Virus record (IMG/VR): IMGVR_UViG_3300032272_000070
Span: 1 to 24,819 of that record
Origin: a virus
Lineage: Duplodnaviria; Caudoviricetes
Reading direction: 5' to 3' (one strand)
Length of the DNA stretch: 24,819 bases
Of the stretch, positions 18,733 through 24,819 are shown one piece after another. A model generated the notes under the pieces. That model made no database searches, was not told the origin of the DNA, and saw nothing but the letters and a program-made list of their open reading frames with translations. The position numbers were made by a program, and so were the translations under genes. Every line of letters begins with the position of its first letter. The first letter of the stretch is position 1.

Positions 18733-18779
18733 GTTATTCCCTCCTGTTCCCTTGGTTCAACTGATTAAGGGCGTTATAA
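18590..18779 (+). repeat. attC site A (190 bp, 127-nt loop)
   Basis: R'' ATATAAC (18590-96), 5 nt, AAT[T]CAtTTG[A]AACCAAGGG (18602-21) ... CCCTTGGTTCAAcTGATT (18749-66), 6 nt, R' GTTATAA (18773-79); two extrahelical bases, one mismatch. Confidence 0.82.
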
Positions 18780-19397
18780 ACCCGTAAGGCTAGGTTGGGT
18801 TTTGTTCGCAGTAAATGCGTGTTCAAAGATATGCTTTCCAAGGTTGCTATCCACACAGTTCCGCAATACTTGCCGTTTATTCTTTATCTTGCTATTGGCT
18901 ACAACTTCATACCCGTCAAAATCGCTTATTTTGTTCTTGCTCCGTATTTCTGCTTTGGCAAAGGTGCGCTGCGGGGCTGTAAAGTTGGCCCAAAAGAAAT
19001 GCCGATGAAGTTCAAAGGCAGGCTTAACCAGTGGCTCGTAATATGGTTTCACGTTTTCAACTACCCATTTCCCTTTAAAATAAGTTTGGAGAAAAACTAT
19101 TTCGCCATAAAGTTTCATGTCCGGCATTATTGGAGAAAACCCTTTTCCAATCACACCCACGTTGTGCCGGTATTGTCCGTGGCTAGGGCATGGCGGCGAA
19201 CTCCATATAAAATCAAATTCTGCAAAGTGTTCCGCAAGGTATTTGTGGGCATCACCAGCCACTACTTTGTCGCCAGGGTAAATGCTCTGGTAAACTCCCG
19301 CAATAGCTTCGTCCATTTCTACGGCGGTAACTTCGTGGTTTTCACCCCACAGCTTCCTATTGCCGCCAATTCCTGCGTACAAATTAAGTATTTTCAT
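18774..19397 (-). CDS. Short C5-cytosine DNA methyltransferase, 207 aa
   Basis: Motif I LNLYAGIGG, motif IV SPPC, motif VI VENV, RH.FW.NF, C-terminal LRNCV; AAGGAG RBS. Confidence 0.9.
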   Translation of the reverse strand: MKILNLYAGIGGNRKLWGENHEVTAVEMDEAIAGVYQSIYPGDKVVAGDAHKYLAEHFAEFDFIWSSPPCPSHGQYRHNVGVIGKGFSPIMPDMKLYGEIVFLQTYFKGKWVVENVKPYYEPLVKPAFELHRHFFWANFTAPQRTFAKAEIRSKNKISDFDGYEVVANSKIKNKRQVLRNCVDSNLGKHIFEHAFTANKTQPSLTGL

Positions 19398-19416
19398 GTG
19401 TATCGCTCCTTACGGT

Positions 19417-19474
19417 TTATAACAAAAAATTCAAGCGGACGTAAAGGCACGCCGCTTAATATCGGTCGTTATGT
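19417..19474 (+). repeat. attC site B (58 bp, classic '59-base element' size)
   Basis: TTATAAC-AAAAA-ATT[C]AAGCGG[A]CGT-AAAGGC-ACGCCGCTTAAT-ATCGGTC-GTTATGT; extrahelical C and A (G and T on the bottom strand) as in canonical attC; right spacer 7 nt rather than 6. Confidence 0.9.
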
Positions 19475-19693
19475 GCATAGCCTTTTAATAATTAATTGCC
19501 ATGCGGTTTTAATCTCAGTTTTTACATCGTCATCAATCATATCCCATTCGTGGCTCAACCCTCTCCGGTCACTTAAATCATTTATTATTTCTTCTACGGC
19601 TTGCACATAACCCGGCACTGCACCGGAATTTGCCTCGCTTGCGGCTTTTCGCAGTCCGTCCCAAAACCCACCTTCTGTGCATGTCTTTCCCAT
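19469..19693 (-). CDS. Small hypothetical phage protein, 74 aa (cassette 3 cargo)
   Basis: AGGAGG RBS at 19699-19704; helical core DLSDRRGL..EWD.ID.D...EI...W..II. Confidence 0.75.
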   Translation of the reverse strand: MGKTCTEGGFWDGLRKAASEANSGAVPGYVQAVEEIINDLSDRRGLSHEWDMIDDDVKTEIKTAWQLIIKRLCT

Positions 19694-19737
19694 TACTTCC
19701 TCCTACACGGCAAATCCCGTGAGTTAATTCGTTAATT
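19605..19737 (+). repeat. attC site C (133 bp, 74-nt loop)
   Basis: R'' ACATAAC (19605-11), 5 nt, ACT[G]CACcGGA[A]TTTGCC (19617-34) ... GGCAAATCCcGTGAGT (19709-24), 6 nt, R' GTTAATT (19731-37). Confidence 0.88.
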
Positions 19738-19768
19738 GTCCTGCTTGGCCAGATACTTTTTCCAACAT
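19724..19768 (-). other. 14-codon ORF (MLEKVSGQAGQLTN) crossing the last crossover point
   Basis: AAGGAG RBS at 19777-19782; stop lies within attC C. Confidence 0.45.
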
Positions 19769-19854
19769 TGCCAAATCTCCTTATTTAAGTTTTATCTTAA
19801 TTCAGCACAGGCCTAGGCTGAGTAAACGCCAGAGCCTACGTTTATACAACTTAC

Positions 19855-20442
19855 TTACTCTATCTCCTTCCTATTCTTGATGACAGCACTCAACAGCTCT
19901 TCAGCCGTGGTATCTCCAAGTCCTAAGTCTGTCTTCTGTAGGTTATCAATAGCATACATGCCAAGCTGCTTCGACAACTGGTCAAGGATTGGCCCCTTCT
20001 TGGCGCTCTTTATCTTGGCTACCAGTGTGACGATATCCTTGTCCCCTGGTTTACCTTTCTTAATATCAACCTCAAATCCCTCAATCGCAGCCGCCGTATC
20101 ATCGTCAAGCTCATGGATCTTCTTTAGTTCTCCGGTAGGATGATACAGCTTCCGCACATCGAAGAACGCCAGCCTTGCCTTTTCTTGCGTTATCCTTTCT
20201 CTCGTAACATCAAAGGTTTGGTAAGCTTTTGTGTCAAATTGTTGCAAAATTGTTGCAATATTAACATTCCGCAACAATCTAGCCGCAGCAGACAGGGCAG
20301 CTTTATCGCTCTTACACTTAGGATATGCGCCCTTATAGGCTTTCCAAGCAATCCGGTCTGGGTCAGCTGTCAACAAACTGATGAAACGCTGGTGTTCAGG
20401 CTTGAGTTGTTCTATCTGTTTCATTACATCTGGGTCAGTCAT
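19855..20442 (-). CDS. terS: Terminase small subunit, 195 aa
   Basis: HTH-like QRFI...AYK.AY...AAARLLRNVNI, then ARLAFFDVRKLY...LK.IHELDDDTAAAI.G.EV. Confidence 0.9.
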   Translation of the reverse strand: MTDPDVMKQIEQLKPEHQRFISLLTADPDRIAWKAYKGAYPKCKSDKAALSAAARLLRNVNIATILQQFDTKAYQTFDVTRERITQEKARLAFFDVRKLYHPTGELKKIHELDDDTAAAIEGFEVDIKKGKPGDKDIVTLVAKIKSAKKGPILDQLSKQLGMYAIDNLQKTDLGLGDTTAEELLSAVIKNRKEIE

Positions 20443-20448
20443 TATCTC

Positions 20449-20634
20449 TTACCAAACATCCTCTCCGCCTAAACTTAAGTAAGCGGCTTTGATTTTATCT
20501 TTAAGGTCGGGAAGAGAACCTTTGATCCCTTGTATATGTAAAGATGGGTCTAGCGGCATTGTTAATGCTGCCATAAGGTTGCTAACCGTATCTACACATT
20601 GTCCAAGTTCTTCTAGTGCCTGCTCCTTTTTCAT
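20449..20634 (-). CDS. Hypothetical protein, 61 aa
   Basis: TAATG coupling, AGGAG RBS. Confidence 0.7.
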   Translation of the reverse strand: MKKEQALEELGQCVDTVSNLMAALTMPLDPSLHIQGIKGSLPDLKDKIKAAYLSLGGEDVW

Positions 20635-21032
20635 TACTTTCTCCTTAGCCTTTCAGCTTGAATAGCGATGAATTGAGATTCTTCCTTAAGCCTGTCAGAT
20701 ATTCGGTCAGCAATATGCTGAAGTTTCCTTGTGCTTATGGTCTGTTGGTTCTCGCAAACCTCTCCCAACTCCGTTAAACACTTGGTTAAAGACAGTCTTG
20801 TAGCTATAGCAAGTAGCCCCCCGATAACACCGTCATGTGGATTTGGTTCTCTATATCTGTTCTGGTCTACACATCTACGACAAATATCACTGGTCCAATA
20901 GATACAATCAGGGCAGTTAGTTGTCTGCATCTTAAAGCATCTACAGCTCTCAACATAATTATCCCCGGAGTTCTCACAGTTCTGGGTGCTGGTGTCTTTA
21001 TAGTGAATACAATTAGTGTTTCCGCAATCCAT
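20634..21032 (-). CDS. Cys-rich hypothetical protein, 132 aa
   Basis: Several Cys clusters (C.N..C.H, CxxC..W...CxxC) then a helical region; coupled start. Confidence 0.7.
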   Translation of the reverse strand: MDCGNTNCIHYKDTSTQNCENSGDNYVESCRCFKMQTTNCPDCIYWTSDICRRCVDQNRYREPNPHDGVIGGLLAIATRLSLTKCLTELGEVCENQQTISTRKLQHIADRISDRLKEESQFIAIQAERLRRK

Positions 21033-21121
21033 TATCTTCCCCTCACCCGTATAAGTATAGCCTCAAGGCCCATTCCAATAACGATCCCTGCCAATAGGTA
21101 AATACATTCTATTTCAGTCAT
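21032..21121 (-). CDS. 29-aa membrane peptide (MTEIECIYLLAGIVIGMGLEAILIRVRGR), not in ORF track
   Basis: GGAGG-like RBS (GAGGTG), overlaps the YopX stop, TAATG-coupled to the next gene. Confidence 0.55.
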   Translation of the reverse strand: MTEIECIYLLAGIVIGMGLEAILIRVRGR

Positions 21122-21527
21122 GCTTCACCTCAAGAAGTTCTGGGTTTTCGTGGATGTTGCCGATTACTTCCGTGTATTCTTGCCACCGGTCATTAAGGCT
21201 ATCCCAAGACGGCCCTTCCATGCGTGGATGATTTGGATTATTCGTTACCAATCCATGCCCGCAAATGTTCCATTTCCCTCCCCACTCCACAACAGCTATA
21301 TCCCATTCATGCCCGTTAAAGTTGGCCTTAACAATATCCCCCTCATAGATATCCTTACCGTTCTTATCCTTGAGGCCCGTGAATTGTTCAAGGATGTAAT
21401 CTGGATTAGTTTGCACCATTAGGCGGTACATAAGTTGGATGCCACCACGATTGAAGGCTGTTTGGCACATGGTTCCCCAATCAACCAATGTGCCATCGTC
21501 CCATGCTCTGAACTTAATCTCTCTCAT
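21114..21527 (-). CDS. YopX family protein
   Basis: MREIKFRAWD...QFTGLKDKNGKDIYEGDIV...EVIGNIHENPELLE. Confidence 0.93.
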   Translation of the reverse strand: MREIKFRAWDDGTLVDWGTMCQTAFNRGGIQLMYRLMVQTNPDYILEQFTGLKDKNGKDIYEGDIVKANFNGHEWDIAVVEWGGKWNICGHGLVTNNPNHPRMEGPSWDSLNDRWQEYTEVIGNIHENPELLEVKHD

Positions 21528-21538
21528 TGCTAATTCTC

Positions 21539-22075
21539 CTATAGCTCAATGTAGCTCTTGGCTCTGCATTTAACTGTATCACAATCGTATCTAACCGAAA
21601 CGCCATGATTGAGTGGCCGATTGTCGTACCCGAAGAACAGACACTCAACCTCGTCATTTACAGGTTTAACGAACCAAGGCCTCATACATCCTTTTATCTT
21701 GGCCGGACGGCAATGCCTATAATGGTTCCCGTTGTCTGCATAATAACTGTCATCTTCTGGACCTTCCCGATAAATACTCCGAATTGTTCCAAGGTTAGTT
21801 GGCTTGGCAATGTCTGAGAAAACACAAAGGAACTGGCCTGAAGCTATTAAATCCCACTGCTCGTCAGTGTAGCCTTTAGTTGTCGTCTCTGTGGTTATCT
21901 CTCGCTTGGCTGCACGGCAAGCTTCACAATCTAAGGTGAGGGTTTTTATCTCGTCTGCCTCGATAGATTCCTTTACCGCCCCGATAAGGAGGTTAGCCAG
22001 TCCATAAGCTGTTGACTGGCGAATATTCATCAGGTTTGCCAAAGAATCTGTAAGACTGTTTTTAATATTAGTCAT
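21539..22075 (-). CDS. Hypothetical protein, 178 aa
   Basis: GAGG RBS, tight packing. Confidence 0.7.
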   Translation of the reverse strand: MTNIKNSLTDSLANLMNIRQSTAYGLANLLIGAVKESIEADEIKTLTLDCEACRAAKREITTETTTKGYTDEQWDLIASGQFLCVFSDIAKPTNLGTIRSIYREGPEDDSYYADNGNHYRHCRPAKIKGCMRPWFVKPVNDEVECLFFGYDNRPLNHGVSVRYDCDTVKCRAKSYIEL

Positions 22076-22304
22076 TCCAATGTCCTCGTTGTCGTTCTTT
22101 TTTACGTTTAGAGGTTATCCCCGGAGTCCGGCCAACGTGATATCCATTGCACTTTTTACAGTGAAAGGCAGATGATGGCCGTCCTACGAGTAACCCTCTC
22201 TTTATTAACTTCCTCTTCTGTTTGTTTGCCGCTCCCTGGCTTTTATGGATTATCTTTCCAGTGGAGGTACATATCTTTCCCCATTGGCTGTTAAGGTTGG
22301 GCAT
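22068..22304 (-). CDS. Small basic Zn-finger-like protein
   Basis: C..TGK......A ... FHCKKCNGYHVG; AGGAG RBS. Confidence 0.7.
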   Translation of the reverse strand: MPNLNSQWGKICTSTGKIIHKSQGAANKQKRKLIKRGLLVGRPSSAFHCKKCNGYHVGRTPGITSKRKKERQRGHWND

Positions 22305-22315
22305 TTAGCTCTCCT

Positions 22316-22504
22316 TTAGTGTGGTGTAAGAAACGGATTGTCTTTCATCGGAATAGCCTTGAACCTCCCTGTGGACAGAAGAACAGCCTTAAACTCTACC
22401 GAAGTCAGCTCTTTAAGCTGGTCTAGCTCGTCCTGGGTTAGATCATCATTGTGGTGAACAATAAGCTCCTTGCCGTCCTTAAATGTAACTGGAGTATTTT
22501 TCAT
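22316..22504 (-). CDS. Hypothetical protein, 62 aa
   Basis: GGAGG RBS, TAATG coupling. Confidence 0.65.
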   Translation of the reverse strand: MKNTPVTFKDGKELIVHHNDDLTQDELDQLKELTSVEFKAVLLSTGRFKAIPMKDNPFLTPH

Positions 22505-22899
22505 TATTCCTCCCCGATCAATTTCTTAACACCATTCAGCACATGCCGCATATTGCTGGCGCTGATAGAGTCAAGGGTCATGCCGTTAGCCTTCAGCACC
22601 GCCGCTGCCTTTTTTAAATCAGGCTCCGGGAATACGCTAAGGGGATAAGCTTCTATCCATGTCTCGATCTTCTCAAGCTTCGCCTCGGCCTCTTCCATCC
22701 TTTCGGTGACTATCTCAAGGTGAAGAGCTGGGTTACATACGGGGCACCCATCGCCAACTAACTTGATTCTCAGGCTGCATTGACACTTGGTCGGCTTTTT
22801 GATGTACTCAATATTATCAGGGTAGAATTTTCTGTGCCCTTCGGGGATAACCCTTAAAATCTTGGGGGATTCGAGCCATATCTTGTCGGGAGTATTCAT
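22504..22899 (-). CDS. Hypothetical mosaic phage protein
   Basis: ATG 22899 behind AGGA (track start 22941 overlaps the upstream gene); CxC...GDGCxxCNP and WIEAYPLSVFPEPD segments. Confidence 0.7.
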   Translation of the reverse strand: MNTPDKIWLESPKILRVIPEGHRKFYPDNIEYIKKPTKCQCSLRIKLVGDGCPVCNPALHLEIVTERMEEAEAKLEKIETWIEAYPLSVFPEPDLKKAAAVLKANGMTLDSISASNMRHVLNGVKKLIGEE

Positions 22900-22909
22900 A
22901 GCAGAGTCC

Positions 22910-23251
22910 TTATTTAAGAGCGATTGAGAGCTTGCTTGCAACTATCACCCTCATATCTTCAAGGTGTCTATTGGTCGCGGCCATTGACCCAGCTGTACCA
23001 GCTCCTTCCGTTGGCCTTATGCCACACTGCCAAAGATCGTCCATGAGTCCTTGGGCGCAATCTTTAGTTATATAGGTGAGAGGCTGGACTGCGGTCCCTT
23101 CTTCGTGCTTTTTTAGGGAGATGGTTTGCCCGTAGCTGGTCCCTTCGTACTGTCCAGACCCGCTGAAGTGTTCCTGAAAAAGATAAAGGCTTATCTCATT
23201 CCTGCCAAAATCTAAGGCAGCGTTGATCCTTTGACCTGATCTGTTTTTCAC
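22910..23251 (-). CDS. Hypothetical phage protein, 113 aa
   Basis: AQGLMDDLWQCGIRPTEGAGTAG...HLEDMR; GTGA overlap, GGAGG RBS. Confidence 0.75.
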   Translation of the reverse strand: MKNRSGQRINAALDFGRNEISLYLFQEHFSGSGQYEGTSYGQTISLKKHEEGTAVQPLTYITKDCAQGLMDDLWQCGIRPTEGAGTAGSMAATNRHLEDMRVIVASKLSIALK

Positions 23252-23928
23252 GACAAAACCTCCCTCTCAAAATCTATTACCCAGACATAAGGATTCTCAT
23301 CCCATGATCCTTTGCCGTTTATTGATACCCAGAGAGACATGAAGCTTTCCTTGGCTGAATAGGCAGGAGATTCGCGGTCTGCATCAAGAGGATAATTTAA
23401 CCACTCGATGAAATGTCCGTCTTCAGTGCAGCAAGTATCGCAACCACCCCTTGTCTGATGAGCACAACCGTTATTCTCAGGAACAACCCACTTGCCATTC
23501 TCAAAGATAGCGTTCAAGCAATTAGGCAACACTCCCTCGGCAATAGCATCATCTTCAGATATGTCTTTAAGCCGCTCAATCCTGATGTTGGTAATCTTTA
23601 AGTTTATCCTGGAATACTTTCTGAACATAAAGATTGAAGGCTTCCACGGGGCATGATCTTCGTGGTCGGTGGCTCGGTAAAAAACTACTCCATCATCAAC
23701 CTTGAATGTCTCACGAACCCAGAGGAGATCACCAACTTTACCTAATCTACAACCGTGCCAACTACCTTGCTCTTCACTCCAGACGGTTTCATCACTTGAT
23801 GTTAATACCTTTGGTCCTCTTTTTGGTTGTGGCTTGATAATCCTTCTGGTCTGAGTCTTACTTCCATCCAAAATAGCCCTTACCATCGGAGTTGAAAATA
23901 GAATTGGTCTTTCCTTGACGGTGTTCAT
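23248..23928 (-). CDS. ASCH/PUA-like phage protein, 226 aa
   Basis: ERPILFSTPMVRAILDGSKTQTRR...GDLLWVRETF...WKPSIFM...ERL.DISE.DA.AEG...W..NP.VWVI.F. Confidence 0.85.
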   Translation of the reverse strand: MNTVKERPILFSTPMVRAILDGSKTQTRRIIKPQPKRGPKVLTSSDETVWSEEQGSWHGCRLGKVGDLLWVRETFKVDDGVVFYRATDHEDHAPWKPSIFMFRKYSRINLKITNIRIERLKDISEDDAIAEGVLPNCLNAIFENGKWVVPENNGCAHQTRGGCDTCCTEDGHFIEWLNYPLDADRESPAYSAKESFMSLWVSINGKGSWDENPYVWVIDFEREVLS

Positions 23929-23938
23929 TGCTGATCTC

Positions 23939-24154
23939 CTAGTAATAAATAAAAGCTTTGATTATCTTGCCCCTAGAAAGCATCCGGCACGGCCTGGCGC
24001 TGGTCCTGATGTTCTCATAGTCAGGTTTTCCAAGGCTATCTGTTGGGATAAAAACCTTCTTCCGGCGCTCTATATGTTTTACCCCCCATGATGCAGGGGC
24101 CGGTTCCATGTTGCAGAAGTAGGCTATGATGGTTTTGAAGAGCTTCATAATCAA
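23939..24154 (-). CDS. Hypothetical protein, about 70 aa
   Basis: Fills the gap between the DHH and ASCH genes; start uncertain. Confidence 0.5.
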   Translation of the reverse strand: MIMKLFKTIIAYFCNMEPAPASWGVKHIERRKKVFIPTDSLGKPDYENIRTSARPCRMLSRGKIIKAFIYY

Positions 24155-24819
24155 ACCCTGAAGGGGATTTCTTTACATTGAAAACCAGCTGCTCCCTTGT
24201 GACCCCCGCCTCCATGATCTTTAGCCAAGGCACCGCAATCAATACTTTCCTTGGTGGAGTAAAGAGAAACTATCCAACTGCCAGCCTTATGTTTTCTGAT
24301 AAAGGTGATCATCAGGTCATGCTTGCTCTCATCGTAAACAGAGTCAAACAGCTGTGAATTGGTGAAGCCACGATTAGCGCAAATGGCTTTATGTCCACCG
24401 AACTCTGTCTCAAATGAGTAGGCCTGGCAGAATTTTTTGTTTTGGTTTGATTCGTAGGAAAGGATAGTTCTACCGACACTGACGATATCGGCAATAAGAA
24501 GGATACTGTTAAATAGAGTATCCCATAGTTCCCTGTTGGATGGGAGTGTAACTGGGTATTGTCTCATCCCGTACTGGAAAGGGAGGACACTTTCATCGGC
24601 TACATGATCCCAGACATCATATCTACCGAGAAGGTAAACAGATCTAGGTAAAATGCTTTCAGGATAAATATATTCCCAAGTTAACTCACATCCAGCCTTG
24701 CCGATTTCTAAAAACTGTCCACCATTGGCGATAAAACCTTGTTTATGGGCTTCATCTATAGCTGTTTTATGGTGGTCTATCCAGTGTAGATTGCAAAGTT
24801 CATTCAACTTCACCATATC
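24151..24819 (-). CDS. DHH/DHHA1 phosphoesterase (5'-truncated by window edge)
   Basis: WIDHHKTA and GGGGHKGAAGF motifs; frame open to the edge. Confidence 0.88.
   Translation of the reverse strand, partial: DMVKLNELCNLHWIDHHKTAIDEAHKQGFIANGGQFLEIGKAGCELTWEYIYPESILPRSVYLLGRYDVWDHVADESVLPFQYGMRQYPVTLPSNRELWDTLFNSILLIADIVSVGRTILSYESNQNKKFCQAYSFETEFGGHKAICANRGFTNSQLFDSVYDESKHDLMITFIRKHKAGSWIVSLYSTKESIDCGALAKDHGGGGHKGAAGFQCKEIPFRV

Larger units (their letters stand above)
18066..19737 (+). mobile_element. Array of three integron-type gene cassettes without a nearby integrase (cassette 1 18067-18773, cassette 2 18774-19468, cassette 3 19469-19731)
   Basis: Three attC folds. Each R'' box is the exact reverse complement of the GTTnnnn box opening its own cassette. 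Boundaries coincide with gene stops. Confidence 0.88.

Noticed and set aside
18795-19610. 271-aa plus-strand ORF ending in the TAAC of attC C, as a canonical cassette gene would
   Set aside because: Antisense shadow of a motif-complete methylase; crosses a cassette boundary; TTG start without RBS; any frame can stop at TAAC.
1-24819. Stop-codon reassignment, CRISPR array, tRNA, diversity-generating retroelement, integrase
   Set aside because: TAA, TAG and TGA all end well-packed genes; no regular repeats, cloverleaf, reverse transcriptase or tyrosine recombinase motifs were seen by eye.

Overview
Fragment of a tailed dsDNA (pro)phage, probably podovirus-like. Every credible gene is on the minus strand. 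Read right to left: accessory genes (DHH phosphoesterase, ASCH-like, YopX, small Zn-binding ORFs), terminase small subunit, an insertion block, HNH, DUF5662-like HD protein, terminase large subunit, TPR-sulfotransferase, a secreted-protein moron, portal, scaffold, major capsid, beta-helix protein, head-tail adaptor, tail nozzle and a truncated tail-region gene. The main finding is at 18066-19737, between terS and terL: an array of three integron-type gene cassettes, each closed by a recognisable attC site (R''-L''-loop-L'-R' with two extrahelical bases), with no integrase in the window. The cargo genes (MT-A70 adenine methylase, C5 cytosine methylase, a small phage protein) run antisense to the attC sites and their TAA stops lie in the GTTA crossover boxes. 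In two of the three cassettes the ribosome-binding site, start codon and N-terminus are encoded inside the attC loop. Protein calls rest on motif recognition and gene order only; no searches were run.
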